Shown one piece after another: positions 20,301-30,578 of a DNA stretch of 64,000 nucleotides. The notes beneath the pieces were generated by a model. The model searched no databases. It worked only from the letters and a program-made list of their open reading frames with translations, and was not told where the DNA came from. How positions within the stretch are numbered: position 1 is the first letter of the stretch; every line of letters begins with the position of its first letter. The stretch spans positions 353,916-417,915 of the forward strand of contig JAXGZF010000004.1 in NCBI GenBank assembly GCA_040771865.1, read 5' to 3'. This DNA comes from Desulfobacterales bacterium (GTDB lineage: Bacteria; Desulfobacterota; Desulfobacteria; Desulfobacterales; UBA2245). Position numbers and translations under genes: made by a program.

Positions 20301-20825
20301 TTTGGGGAAAATTCAAATCACGGCGGGGACATCAGGGTATACAGCGAGGAGGGCAAAGCAGCCGTATTCAGAATCTACCTGCCGCTCGTTGAAAAGAAGG
20401 GTGAGGATGAAATAAAGGCGAGGGAGGCCGTTCTGCAGGGTAAAGGGGAGATAATACCGCTGGTTGATGATGAAAAGATGGTGGCGGATATGAACCGCGA
20501 GTTGCTGGAAGGACTTGGTTGCCGGGTGGCCGCGGAAACGGACCCTGGCCGTGCGATCGACGTATTGAAGAGAAACAGCGATCAATTCGACCTTGTCGTC
20601 ACAGACAAGACCATTCCCCGCATGACAGGCTTTGATGTGGCACGGGAAATCAAGGTTGTTCGAGTCGACATACCTGTATTGATCTGCTCCGGCCTGCAGG
20701 AAAAGGGAGACACGGAAAAGCTCGCCAGCCTCGGAATCCGTCAATTCACAACCAAGTCGGCGAGAATCAGCACGCTGGCCAGAGCCATCCGTGATGCACT
20801 GGAAAACGGTACAACCCTAAAATAA
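20301..20825 (+). pseudogene. 5'-truncated hybrid histidine kinase remnant (end of HATPase_c plus receiver domain)
   Basis: Frame opens after TGA 20298-20300 with no start codon and reads NHGGDIRVYSEEGKAAVFRIYLP...LVDDEKMV...DLVVTD. Confidence 0.75.
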
Positions 20826-21019
20826 GGTGCATCAATCGTTCCGAATTCGCAGGCGTCGATATTCCCGCAGCGGGTGACAGGTTTTCCGTCCTTGGATTCA
20901 TTGCACTTGACAAAACCGGCCGAAAAAAAATAAAGTAAAAAAAACAGATACATTCAGGCCAATGATGGACGCAGCCGCTTAATTGCCTTCAGCCCGAACC
21001 TTTTTTGAAAACGGACATT

Positions 21020-21631
21020 ATGACGCTGAAAAACACATCCCTGACATCCATGTTTAATGAGGCCCTGGGAACCTGGGTTCTGCCCTGTATCCGCTGGTAC
21101 TGCAAGACGCCATGTTTGTTGACCCTGCCGAGGATGGTTATGGCGGCTGCGGTGCCGGTGGGGTTTTACATTCATCCGGGCTTGGGACTTCTGCTGATGG
21201 TGCTTTCGGAGGTCGCCGGCGCGCTCGATGGTTTGATGACCGGAAACTCGGACAGAAATGACGATTTCAGACCCTTTCTGAATGCAACTCTGGATCGGGT
21301 TTCCGACTTTTTCTATCTTTCCGGATTCCTGATCTGGGCTTGGAAGCATCAGACGGCGCCTGGGGCCCTGGCGGGAACCTGCCTGGCTCTGTTGCTTTCC
21401 TTCATGATCAGCTACGTTAAGACGCGGGCCGAGTCTCTGCGCTGTCCGTGTCCGGTAGGCCTGATGGTGCGGAGAACGAGAACCGTCTATCTGATGGTCT
21501 GGGCACTCCTGCTGACGATATTCCCTAGGGCGGTTGCACCGGTGATCTATAAATCCGCTCTGACCCTTTACTGCCTGCTCTGCTTGGAAACCTTCCTGCG
21601 TCGCGTCGCTTTTGTGCGTTGCGAGATGTAA
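21020..21631 (+). CDS. CDP-alcohol phosphatidyltransferase family membrane protein with a degenerate catalytic motif
   Basis: LDG...LDRVSD and ISYVKTRAESL motifs; several transmembrane segments. Confidence 0.7.
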   Translation: MTLKNTSLTSMFNEALGTWVLPCIRWYCKTPCLLTLPRMVMAAAVPVGFYIHPGLGLLLMVLSEVAGALDGLMTGNSDRNDDFRPFLNATLDRVSDFFYLSGFLIWAWKHQTAPGALAGTCLALLLSFMISYVKTRAESLRCPCPVGLMVRRTRTVYLMVWALLLTIFPRAVAPVIYKSALTLYCLLCLETFLRRVAFVRCEM

Positions 21632-21652
21632 TTTTTCGGGAATGTAAAAAAT

Positions 21653-21685
21653 AAGGGATGCGGTTTTGAACACCGCATCCCTTTT
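21653..21685. terminator. Bidirectional intrinsic terminator
   Basis: AAGGGATGCGGT...ACCGCATCCCTT flanked by A and T tracts. Confidence 0.8.
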
Positions 21686-21693
21686 CGATTGGG

Positions 21694-21769
21694 TGGTGGT
21701 CCCACCGGGGTTCGAACCCGGGTTTCCGGCGTGAGAGGCCAGCGTCCTAGGCCACTAGACGATGGGACC
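21694..21769 (-). tRNA. tRNA-Glu (anticodon CTC)
   Basis: Minus strand GGTCCCATCGTCTAGTGGCCTAGGACGCTGGCCT-CTC-ACGCCGGAAACCCGGGTTCGAACCCCGGTGGGACCACCA; 76 nt with encoded CCA. Confidence 0.97.
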
Positions 21770-21816
21770 TTGTTGAAAAAGTCAGTCAGAATCCATATTA
21801 AAACCCGGCTGTTTTG

Positions 21817-22044
21817 TCAAACACTTTCCGCATCGGTATGCGGAGATGATTTTTTTCTTCCCTGGCGGGCACCCACGGCAAAATAGAGGATGCAGCCGAT
21901 AAAGGGAACAAACGCCGCCGTTATGCCCCATAAGGCCTTTTTGCCGATGGAGCCGAAGTCTTTTCTCGCGATGTCGAGTATGGCCAGACAGGCGATCAGA
22001 TAAAAAATGATGCCGATGGATATAATGATGACGGTCGTACTCAA
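21817..22044 (-). CDS. Small membrane protein, PLDc N-terminal-like
   Basis: Two hydrophobic helices, KALW...VPFIGCILYF pattern; overlaps stop of upstream gene. Confidence 0.7.
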   Translation of the reverse strand: MSTTVIIISIGIIFYLIACLAILDIARKDFGSIGKKALWGITAAFVPFIGCILYFAVGARQGRKKSSPHTDAESV

Positions 22045-22916
22045 GATGATTCTTTCAGTTTTTTTGCGATTTCAAGCACGGTGTTTACGTAATAGCTGCT
22101 GCGGTTGTAGTTGTGAATGACCCTGTAGGCATCTTCGGGTCTAATATTCTCGCGCCACCCGAAGCGCTTGAGGAAGTTGGCGATGCTCGCGATGGCGTCG
22201 GCATGATCAAACAGGTCCACCCGTCCGTCGTTGTTCCCGTCCCGGGCGTAGGCCATGATGCTGGTGGGAATGAACTGGGCCACGCCCAGGGCGCCGGCAT
22301 AAGAACCTCGTATCTGAACCGGGTCGATGGCCTCCCGCTGGCTGTAGTTCAGAAAGGCTTTGAGCTGATCATAAGCCCAGCGGGTCCTGTGATTAGCCTT
22401 TTTTTCGAACTGCTCCCGGGCCGGTCGGCGGTCCTTGGGAATGGACTGCCAGATGATCTTCCGAACCGCGTCATCAGACATGGCCGCCATGGTGGAAAGC
22501 GAGTTGAGCACCAGCCGTTTACCGGTACAGGCGCCCAGTCGGGTTTCTACCAGAAGGATGGCGGTGACGACCTGCGGCGGAACGCCGTAAAGTCTTTCCG
22601 CAGCCTTCAGGGCTTCACGATAGGTCCGCATGTAGGCGCGTGCTTTATCGAGCAGGCTGTTTTCCTTGAACTGGTCATAGTTGAGGGTCGATTCCTGATG
22701 CATGAAAAAAAGAGATACGCCGCGTACTTCTAGGGAAACATTCTGATTCTTGAAAATTTCCTGAATAAAGCTGTTATCAAATCCGTCTTTGACCAGCCGT
22801 TCTTTAAGGGATTTAAAATGCGCATCATACCCTTCTGTCTGAACCGCATCGACCGGATGCGGGGCTATCAGCCAGAGGATAAGCAGATATTTGAAAAGCG
22901 TTTCTGCAGTCATCAT
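22041..22916 (-). CDS. Lytic murein transglycosylase (MltB/SLT_2 family)
   Basis: AILLVETRLG, GSYAGALGVAQFIPTS, DGNNDGRVDL, YNRSSYYV. Confidence 0.88.
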   Translation of the reverse strand: MMTAETLFKYLLILWLIAPHPVDAVQTEGYDAHFKSLKERLVKDGFDNSFIQEIFKNQNVSLEVRGVSLFFMHQESTLNYDQFKENSLLDKARAYMRTYREALKAAERLYGVPPQVVTAILLVETRLGACTGKRLVLNSLSTMAAMSDDAVRKIIWQSIPKDRRPAREQFEKKANHRTRWAYDQLKAFLNYSQREAIDPVQIRGSYAGALGVAQFIPTSIMAYARDGNNDGRVDLFDHADAIASIANFLKRFGWRENIRPEDAYRVIHNYNRSSYYVNTVLEIAKKLKESS

Positions 22917-23191
22917 TAAAATATGAGCGCGCAGGTTTTTGCCTGGAAATAGATCCGCCGGTGTACGGCATCGCACGATGCGTTTATTCTGTTTTTTTCA
23001 GGACCGCTTCAGGCAGACCGGCCCGGAATTTGTAGTCCGAGTGTAATCCAAGTATTGACATAGCATATGAAAGCCTTCAAAATCCAGAACCTTTTCAGCG
23101 GCATTCAGTCAAGTTGCGGTTGCACCGCACCGGTCGCCAGGCTGCGGAGCGGGGCGTGTATGCGACAGTCAACAAACGATCATCCCTTCCC

Positions 23192-23220
23192 TTGATAGGG
23201 TTCAGACGCCGTGGTATAGA
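23192..23220 (+). promoter_or_regulatory. Putative sigma70 promoter of radA
   Basis: TTGATA, 17-nt spacer, TATAGA with upstream TG. Confidence 0.45.
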
Positions 23221-23260
23221 CTGAAAAGTCAGATTCGAGAAAGGGAGATTTGCGGGATTT

Positions 23261-24619
23261 ATGGCTAAAAATGCGAAAACCCTGTTCAGTTGTCAAGCCT
23301 GCGGGTACCAGTCGCCGAAGTGGATGGGCAAATGCCCGGACTGCGGCCAGTGGCAGAGCATGGTCGAAGAGACGGCTGTCCAGTCGGTGCAGGGCGCCCG
23401 GTTTCGGGTAGGAACTGCCCAGCCGGTCCCCATAGACTCGGTGGCGCTCGGCGACGAGGTGCGTCTTGAAACGGGAATCCTCGAATTTGACCGGGTGCTG
23501 GGGGGCGGTCTGGTTCCGGGAACACTGGTGCTGATCGGCGGGGACCCCGGCATCGGAAAATCCACCCTTATGCTTCAGGCTTTATTCGGACTTTCCCGGA
23601 CCGGTCGCAAGGCGCTGTATGTTTCCGGCGAGGAATCCGTGCGCCAGCTTTGTATGAGAAGCCAGAGACTTTCGGCGGGAGCTCCCGATCTTATGGTGGT
23701 CTCGGAAATCGAGGTGGACGCCATTCTGGCCATGGCCGAGCGTCTGCATCCGGACGTGCTGGTGGTCGATTCGATTCAGACGCTCTACAGTCCTGAGATC
23801 GCTTCGGCGCCGGGAAGCGTCAGCCAGGTGCGCGAATCGACCTTGCGCCTGATGCTGGCGGCGAAGAAAACCGGTATGTGCGTGCTTCTCGTCGGGCATG
23901 TGACCAAGGACGGCGCCATTGCCGGTCCAAGGCTTCTCGAACACATGGTCGATACGGTGCTGTACTTCGAAGGGGACCGAAACCATGTGTTCCGGATTCT
24001 TCGGGCCGTCAAGAACCGGTTCGGATCGACCAACGAGATCGGGGTTTTTGAGATGAAGGATGCCGGACTGACCGAGATTCGGAATCCTTCGGCGATTTTT
24101 CTTTCCGGAAGGCCCGGGGGCGCGCCCGGTTCGGTGGTTACCGCCAGCATGGAAGGAACCCGGCCGATTCTGATCGAGCTTCAGGCCCTGGCCTCAAGTT
24201 CGGCGTTCGGCACAGCCCGAAGGACCATTCTGGGCCTGGATCCCAACCGGGTGGCGCTGCTGGTGGCGGTGATGGAAAAAAAACTCGGCATGCAGCTGCT
24301 GGGCCATGACATCTTCATGAACGTGGTCGGCGGGGTCAGGGTGGACGAGCCGGCCGTGGATATGGGTGTGATTGCGGCGGTGGCCTCAAGCTTTCTGGAT
24401 CGGCCCGTGGCCCAGGGGGCAGTGGTGTTCGGAGAGGTGGGTCTGACCGGCGAGGTGAGGGCGGTGAGCCGGGCTGAAGTTCGTGTGGCCGAGATCGCCA
24501 AGATGGGCTTTACCCGGTGCCTGGTTCCGGATACCAACCTCAAGCGCATGAACCGGACCGGCGGCTGCGAACTTCTTGGAATAAAAAGCATCTCCGAAGC
24601 CATGGAAATTCTGTTCTGA
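23261..24619 (+). CDS. radA: DNA repair protein RadA/Sms
   Basis: CxxC...CPDC zinc finger, GDPGIGKST, KNRFG motif. Confidence 0.97.
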   Translation: MAKNAKTLFSCQACGYQSPKWMGKCPDCGQWQSMVEETAVQSVQGARFRVGTAQPVPIDSVALGDEVRLETGILEFDRVLGGGLVPGTLVLIGGDPGIGKSTLMLQALFGLSRTGRKALYVSGEESVRQLCMRSQRLSAGAPDLMVVSEIEVDAILAMAERLHPDVLVVDSIQTLYSPEIASAPGSVSQVRESTLRLMLAAKKTGMCVLLVGHVTKDGAIAGPRLLEHMVDTVLYFEGDRNHVFRILRAVKNRFGSTNEIGVFEMKDAGLTEIRNPSAIFLSGRPGGAPGSVVTASMEGTRPILIELQALASSSAFGTARRTILGLDPNRVALLVAVMEKKLGMQLLGHDIFMNVVGGVRVDEPAVDMGVIAAVASSFLDRPVAQGAVVFGEVGLTGEVRAVSRAEVRVAEIAKMGFTRCLVPDTNLKRMNRTGGCELLGIKSISEAMEILF

Positions 24620-24677
24620 TCGTCAATATTTGCAAATAAACAAATACCTTGCTTGACTTCAAACCTCAGTTCGGTAT

Positions 24678-25298
24678 ATGAAACGTCCAATTCAGAAATC
24701 AAACCAGTGGGAGGACCATTATACCCGCCGGGCCAGAAAAGAGAATTTTCCGGCCCGCTCCGTATACAAGCTGGAGGAGATCCAGAATAAATTCCGTCTG
24801 ATTCAGCCGACAGACAAGGTTCTGGATCTGGGGTGCGCTCCTGGTTCCTGGCTGATGTACGCGGCCCGGCTGACCCGCGGGCAGGTGACGGGCATCGATA
24901 TCAAATCCGTGACCCAGCCGCTTCCCAGGCATGTACGGGTCATTGCCGGCGATGTGACGGTGGTCGACGAAGCCTTTCTCCAGACGGTCGGCGCGGACTA
25001 CGACGTGGTGCTCAGCGACATGGCGCCTTCTACGACCGGAAACAAGCATGCAGACTCGGCCCGGTCTTTTTTTCTGGCCCGGGCGGCCCTGGAACTGACC
25101 GAAGCGGTATTGCGTCCGGGGGGTCATTTTGTGTGCAAGATATTTCAGGGAGAGGACCTGACCGACTTTATTCAATTGGCCAAGAAACGGTTTGAAAAGG
25201 TTAAAAGTTTTAAACCGCAAAGCTGCCGAAAGGCCAGCAAGGAGATATACATCATCGCCATGAGCAAGAGACAGGAGGAAGACAATGTCGGGACATAA
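24678..25298 (+). CDS. rlmE: 23S rRNA Um2552 methyltransferase RlmE/FtsJ
   Basis: [36 protein letters not shown]. Confidence 0.92.
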   Translation: MKRPIQKSNQWEDHYTRRARKENFPARSVYKLEEIQNKFRLIQPTDKVLDLGCAPGSWLMYAARLTRGQVTGIDIKSVTQPLPRHVRVIAGDVTVVDEAFLQTVGADYDVVLSDMAPSTTGNKHADSARSFFLARAALELTEAVLRPGGHFVCKIFQGEDLTDFIQLAKKRFEKVKSFKPQSCRKASKEIYIIAMSKRQEEDNVGT

Positions 25299-26031
25299 TA
25301 AATGGTCGACGATCAAACATAAAAAAGGGGCCGCGGATGCCCGGCGGGGAAAGATTTTCACCAAGTTGATCAAGGAAATCACCGTAGCTGCCCGAATGGG
25401 CGGCGGAGATCCGGCGGCAAATCCGAGGCTTCGCAGCGCTGTTCTGGCGGCAAAAAGCGAGAACATGCCCAAGGACAACATCGACCGCGCCATTAAAAAG
25501 GGAACCGGAGAGCTGGAAGGCGTGAGCTACGAAGAGGTCGTTTACGAGGGATACGGTCCGGGCGGAGCGGCGATTCTGGTGGAGAGCCTGACGGACAACC
25601 GGAATCGGGCCGTTGCGGAAATCCGCCACATTCTGAACAAGGGTGGCGGCAACATGGGTTCCAATGGATGCGTGGCCTGGATGTTTGATCTCAAGGGGTA
25701 TATCAGTCTCGACAGGAAGAAGGTCGATGAGGATATGCTGATGGAAACCGCTCTGGAAGCCGGCGCCGAAGATATTCGGGAAGATGGGGATGAATTTGAG
25801 GTCATCACGGAGCCGGAGAATTTCGAAACGGTCAAGCAGGCCATCGAGAACGCCGGCATTGCCTATGAGCTGGCCGAGATCACCAAGCTGCCTCAGAACA
25901 CGACCGCACTTCAGGGAAAGGAAGCCGAACAGATGATTCGGCTGATGGAAAACCTCGAAGACTGCGACGACGTCCAGAAGGTATACACCAACGCGGATAT
26001 TTCAGACGAGGCGATGCAGGGCGTCGCTTAA
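25285..26031 (+). CDS. yebC: YebC/PmpR family protein
   Basis: [31 protein letters not shown]. Confidence 0.95.
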   Translation: MSGHNKWSTIKHKKGAADARRGKIFTKLIKEITVAARMGGGDPAANPRLRSAVLAAKSENMPKDNIDRAIKKGTGELEGVSYEEVVYEGYGPGGAAILVESLTDNRNRAVAEIRHILNKGGGNMGSNGCVAWMFDLKGYISLDRKKVDEDMLMETALEAGAEDIREDGDEFEVITEPENFETVKQAIENAGIAYELAEITKLPQNTTALQGKEAEQMIRLMENLEDCDDVQKVYTNADISDEAMQGVA

Positions 26032-26036
26032 ACAAA

Positions 26037-26077
26037 GAAAGAGGGTGCAGGGCAGGCTGCGCTTTGCACCCTCTTTC
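26037..26077. terminator. Probable bidirectional terminator
   Basis: GAAAGAGGGTGCA...TGCACCCTCTTTC between convergent yebC and nadA. Confidence 0.7.
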
Positions 26078-26092
26078 GAATCTGAAACATTG

Positions 26093-26989
26093 TCATTGCG
26101 ACAGTTCGATCATTCGGCGGACCGCCGAGAGAGCCGGAACCTGAATTTTTTCGGGGACCCTCACTTCCCCATCCATCGTCTCAAGGCTGTGGACGATGTC
26201 CTGCAGGCTGATTTTTTTCATATCCTGACATACCATGGCTTCAGAGGCCGGATAAAAGGTCTTCCCCGGGCTGGCCTTTTGAATGGGATAGAGCATGCCC
26301 AGTTCCGTACCCACGATAAAAACCCTGTGATCCGATTCGGCGGCATGCCGGATCATGCCCGATGTACTCAGAATCACGTCGGCCAGCTTTAAGACCTCGG
26401 GCCGGCATTCCGGATGGGCCATGAAGACCGCATCGGAATGCGCTCTTTTTGCGGCCAGGACCTGATCGACGGTGAGGTTGTTGTGAATCGGGCAAAAGCC
26501 GTCCCAGAGGTGAATCTTTTTGCCGGTTCTGGAAGCCGTGTATTGCGCCAGATTGCGATCCGGCGTCATGAGAAGCTCGTTTTCCTTCAAACTGTTAACG
26601 ACCGCCACGGCATTGGACGATGTGCAGCAGATCGTGGAAAGGGCTTTGACCGATGCCGGAGAATTGACATAGGTGACCACGGGCATGGGCCCGAGGATCT
26701 CAAGCCTGGCTTTCAAGGCCTCAGGGGTGACCATGTCGGCCATAGGGCATCCGGCGTTCATTCGGGGAAGGAGCACGGTTTTATCCGGAGACAGAATCGA
26801 GGCGGTCTCGGCCATGAAGTGAACGCCGCAGAAAACGATCACATCCGCATCGGTTTTTGCGGCCCGAATGCTCAGCTCCAGGGAGTCTCCGCACAGATCG
26901 GCCAGATCCTGAATTTCCGCAGGCTGGTAGTTGTGAGCCAGCAGCACCGCGTTTCTTTTTTTTAGCAGTTGTCTGATCTTGTCTTTCAT
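26093..26989 (-). CDS. nadA: Quinolinate synthase
   Basis: LAHNYQ, FCGVHFMAETA, GCPMA, YVNS, CPIH, HPEC, CQDMK. Confidence 0.96.
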   Translation of the reverse strand: MKDKIRQLLKKRNAVLLAHNYQPAEIQDLADLCGDSLELSIRAAKTDADVIVFCGVHFMAETASILSPDKTVLLPRMNAGCPMADMVTPEALKARLEILGPMPVVTYVNSPASVKALSTICCTSSNAVAVVNSLKENELLMTPDRNLAQYTASRTGKKIHLWDGFCPIHNNLTVDQVLAAKRAHSDAVFMAHPECRPEVLKLADVILSTSGMIRHAAESDHRVFIVGTELGMLYPIQKASPGKTFYPASEAMVCQDMKKISLQDIVHSLETMDGEVRVPEKIQVPALSAVRRMIELSQ

Positions 26990-27039
26990 TTTGTTGAACT
27001 CCTTTTGGCCGTTCGGACGACGATATCGGGCGGAATAAA

Positions 27040-27705
27040 TTACTGTTCAAGCTCCAGAATATCCGTTTCCGGGGGAACCGTAAAAGTGAACAGATCCGGA
27101 TTCAGGGAATCGGAAAACTCAAATCCGCTCAGTTCGATCCGGGTTTCATCGCCGTAGGCGTTACGGGTGACGGCATAAATGATGTCGGACGTATTCCTGG
27201 ATACGGCCATATAGATCACCTCGACATCCGGATTCTTTTTTTGGGGAATCAGCTTGATCACGGCATTTCCCTGATCGTCGTCGGGTTCGAGGGAGGCGGT
27301 GAAATTTTCCCGAAGAATTTTGATGTCCGATAAAAAGCTGATCCCCTTGCCGTCGCCGAAAAAGACAGGGGCCTTGCCGATGATCACCTGTTTGTCGTTG
27401 GGGCGGTAAATCCATAGCTGACTGCCGTCGGATATGATGATCTGGGGCTCGGGCTTTTCATATTCCCACCGCATTTTCCCAGGACGGCGGATATACAGCT
27501 TGCCCGTCGCCGTATCCGTAATGTCCATGGACTTGATGGTGGAATACTGGTCAAACTGCGCGGTAAATCCGGACAGCGTGTAGCGCTGTTCGATTTTAGA
27601 GATCAGAGTCTCCAGGGCCGCTGACTGCCCGTCCGGTTCCGTACCGAATGCCGTGGCCGCAGTCAGGATCAGGGCGGTTAACGTACCAATTAAAATTTTT
27701 CTCAT
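27040..27705 (-). CDS. lolA: Outer-membrane lipoprotein carrier LolA
   Basis: Signal peptide, RRPGKMRWEY..PEPQIIISDG..LWIY, FTFTVP. Confidence 0.88.
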   Translation of the reverse strand: MRKILIGTLTALILTAATAFGTEPDGQSAALETLISKIEQRYTLSGFTAQFDQYSTIKSMDITDTATGKLYIRRPGKMRWEYEKPEPQIIISDGSQLWIYRPNDKQVIIGKAPVFFGDGKGISFLSDIKILRENFTASLEPDDDQGNAVIKLIPQKKNPDVEVIYMAVSRNTSDIIYAVTRNAYGDETRIELSGFEFSDSLNPDLFTFTVPPETDILELEQ

Positions 27706-27793
27706 GATTTGAATCCGATTCTGTTTTATGGCGTTTTTAAATTCGAATTCATAGCCCTGCATCAAAGCCGAATCAAGCGATTTCTGCCGGCCT

Positions 27794-28729
27794 TCAACAG
27801 GAAAATCCGCTGAACGGCCCGTCGGAGAGCCGCCGAATCATCTCGGAAACGTCCTGGTCTTCATCAAACTCCCCCATGTCGATGCTGTCATGGATCGGCG
27901 CAAGATATTCGGTCCGGCCGAAGACCGCCCGGCAGATGGCGTCGATCAGATCCATTTTGAGACGGGTCTGTTCCGGATGCACGTTCGGCGGGCGAACCCC
28001 CAGCATGATCAGCGTTTCGATGTTGTTTTTCCGCAGCTGCTTCTCAAAAAACCGAGCTTTTTGAAGATTTCGAAAATACGCGCGTTTTCGGTTGATCAGG
28101 GCTTCATACATATCCTGGTCGGGCCGGGTGAGTTCGAGAAACTCCAGAAGGAAGGTAAGAGATTCGATAAAATCCGGCCCCTGAGAACGGAATTTTTTAA
28201 AAAAATCGGTTAGAAGCTGAACCTGGGTTCCGGCGTGCAGGGACCTTGCGTTTCGAAGTTTCACCAGAACCAAGTTTCGAAACCCCTCCTCCTCAAAGGA
28301 TGAAACAGCCTGCCGCAGCTTCGGTGAAAGCGACCGGGTCAGGTGAAGACGCTGAATGAAAGGTTCGACCGCCGATTCGGGAAGCTTCAGGGCGATGCGC
28401 TGGTCCTCTGGCAGAATCAGAAGGGTTTCGGGGGGATTTTGGCAAACAAGCTGGATCAGCGCGGCTTGGTGCTCCGGTGTAATGCCGTTTCCTTCGAGTG
28501 CGGGTTCGATCCGGATCTGAATGGTTTCATCCGGAAAAAAAATCAGCTCCCGCAGCGTGTCGACATCGCTGTTCGGCGGATCGGCCAGCAGGACGGCCAG
28601 TTCGCCGGAGCTCATGTCGGAAAAGGTGGATCGAATGAAATGACGCACATCGGCGTCCAGTTCCAGCCCGTTGTGAAAAATTTCTATGATGATTTCGGCC
28701 AGTGTTTCAATGACAGCGTTAGAGTTCAT
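27794..28729 (-). CDS. Hypothetical protein
   Basis: 311-codon ORF co-oriented within the operon; no motif recognised. Confidence 0.75.
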   Translation of the reverse strand: MNSNAVIETLAEIIIEIFHNGLELDADVRHFIRSTFSDMSSGELAVLLADPPNSDVDTLRELIFFPDETIQIRIEPALEGNGITPEHQAALIQLVCQNPPETLLILPEDQRIALKLPESAVEPFIQRLHLTRSLSPKLRQAVSSFEEEGFRNLVLVKLRNARSLHAGTQVQLLTDFFKKFRSQGPDFIESLTFLLEFLELTRPDQDMYEALINRKRAYFRNLQKARFFEKQLRKNNIETLIMLGVRPPNVHPEQTRLKMDLIDAICRAVFGRTEYLAPIHDSIDMGEFDEDQDVSEMIRRLSDGPFSGFSC

Positions 28730-28747
28730 GATGCTTGATCTCCAATC

Positions 28748-29194
28748 TTACAGATAAGGTGCCATTTTCCAGGCGATCTGGTCTTTGGGCAGCGCTCCCA
28801 GAAGGGTTTCGACCAGACGGCCACGATCAAATATCAGCAGCGTGGGAATGCTCCTGATCTGAAAACGGGCCGCGGTTTCAGGGTTTTGATCCACATTGAT
28901 CTTGGCGACACGAATCTTGCCTCGCCACAGGCCGGCCAGTTCATCGATTACAGATCCAACCGTGCGGCAGGCCCCGCACCAGGGCGCCCAGCAGTCCAGA
29001 AGTACAGGAAGCGGTGCGCCGAGCACCTGGTTTTGAAAGCCTGCGTCGGTGATGACCATCGGTCCTTGCGTCATAAGATCGCGGGTATCCAGCAGGGCGG
29101 CGCACTTGCTGCATTTGGCGCCGGCATCGGCTTTATTCCAGGGAACCCGGTTCCGGGCGCCGCAAAAACCGCAATATAGAATCGATGTGTTCAT
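28748..29194 (-). CDS. trxC: Thioredoxin 2 type with N-terminal zinc finger
   Basis: CGFC...CSKC zinc site; WAPWCGAC active site; SIPTL. Confidence 0.85.
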   Translation of the reverse strand: MNTSILYCGFCGARNRVPWNKADAGAKCSKCAALLDTRDLMTQGPMVITDAGFQNQVLGAPLPVLLDCWAPWCGACRTVGSVIDELAGLWRGKIRVAKINVDQNPETAARFQIRSIPTLLIFDRGRLVETLLGALPKDQIAWKMAPYL

Positions 29195-29219
29195 GACTCT
29201 TTCCTTTTCAGTATTCCGT

Positions 29220-30578
29220 TTAGGGCATCACTCCGTATTTTTTCAGCTTCTTGTGAAGCGTCTTGCGGGTGATTCCCAATCTTCGGGCCGTTTCGCTTTT
29301 GTTTCCGTTCGAAGCATTCAGGGCTTTCAATATCGTCTCTTTTTCAACGATTTCAAGGGGTGGCACCTGATCCTCCACTGAATCCGGAGTTACGGGCAGT
29401 TGCCAATTTTCTATAATGGAAAGATCCGGGGCGTCAAGATATTCGGATTGTGCAAAGACCACGGCCCGTTCCACGGCGTTCATCAGTTCCCGGACGTTTC
29501 CCGGCCAAGAGTGTTTGATGAGCTGGTCCATGGCCAGCGGAGTGAATCCCCTGATGGGCTTGCGGTTTTTTTCGGAAAAGAGTTTCAGAAAATGTCCGGC
29601 CAGAAGCGGAATGTCTTCCCGGCGGTGCCTGAGCGGCGGCAGGTTGATATGTACCACGTTAAGCCGATAAAAGAGATCTTCCCGGAAATTGCCTTTCTGC
29701 ACCAGCTCGAGCAGGCTCTTGTTGGTGGCGGCGATCAGTCGAACGTCGACTCGAATCACCGTTTCCCCGCCCACGCGGGTGATCTCTCGCTCCTGAAGCA
29801 CCCGCAGGAGCTTGGCCTGCATGGTCTGAGACATCTCGCTCACCTCGTCCATGAACAGGCTTCCCGAATCGGCCTGAACAAAGCGTCCTTCCTTTCTTCG
29901 GTCAGCGCCGGTGAAAGCACCTTTTTCATGACCGAACAGCTCGGACTCCAGAAGGGTTTCGGTGATGGCCGCACAGTTGATCTTGATAAAGGGACCATCT
30001 TTGCGCCGGCTGTTGAAGTGGATTGCTCCGGCAATCAGTTCCTTGCCGGTTCCGGATTCTCCGCTAATCAGCACCGTGGCCTCGGTGGGCGCTGCCTGGG
30101 AAACGGTTTCCAGAAGCCGGATCATGGGCTCGCTGTTTCCGATAATGTTCTGGCGGTCGAATCGGCGGCCCAGGGTTTCCCTGAGACTCCGGTTTTCCTC
30201 CCTGAGACGGATGTGTTCCAATGCCCGCTCCAGGGTCAGTTTCAGCTTTTCAAAATCGAGCGGTTTGGTCAGATAATCATAGGCCCCGTTTTTAAGGGCC
30301 TCCACAGCGGTTTCCACCGAAGAATAAGCGGTCATGATCAGTACGGGTATGGACGGATTGTAGGACTTGATTGATTTGAGCGCTTCGAGCCCGGAAACCT
30401 TCAGCATCCGGATATCCATCAGAATCAGGTCAAAAAAGCGGTCCTTGACTAGCGCGATGGCGACAGAACCGTCGTCGGCCTCAAAAACGGCGTATCCCCA
30501 TCCCGTTAACAGGGCCTTGAGCATGGTCCGATGGGCGCTGTCGTCATCGACCACCAGAACAGCGGGTTTCTGGATCAT
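29220..30578 (-). CDS. Sigma54-dependent response regulator (ZraR/HydG-like)
   Basis: Receiver domain, GESGTGKE, GAFTGA, WPGNVREL, Fis-type HTH. Confidence 0.92.
   Translation of the reverse strand: MIQKPAVLVVDDDSAHRTMLKALLTGWGYAVFEADDGSVAIALVKDRFFDLILMDIRMLKVSGLEALKSIKSYNPSIPVLIMTAYSSVETAVEALKNGAYDYLTKPLDFEKLKLTLERALEHIRLREENRSLRETLGRRFDRQNIIGNSEPMIRLLETVSQAAPTEATVLISGESGTGKELIAGAIHFNSRRKDGPFIKINCAAITETLLESELFGHEKGAFTGADRRKEGRFVQADSGSLFMDEVSEMSQTMQAKLLRVLQEREITRVGGETVIRVDVRLIAATNKSLLELVQKGNFREDLFYRLNVVHINLPPLRHRREDIPLLAGHFLKLFSEKNRKPIRGFTPLAMDQLIKHSWPGNVRELMNAVERAVVFAQSEYLDAPDLSIIENWQLPVTPDSVEDQVPPLEIVEKETILKALNASNGNKSETARRLGITRKTLHKKLKKYGVMP

Noticed and set aside
21600..21800. Integrative island at tRNA-Glu
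   Set aside because: No integrase and no duplicated tRNA 3' end seen in the window
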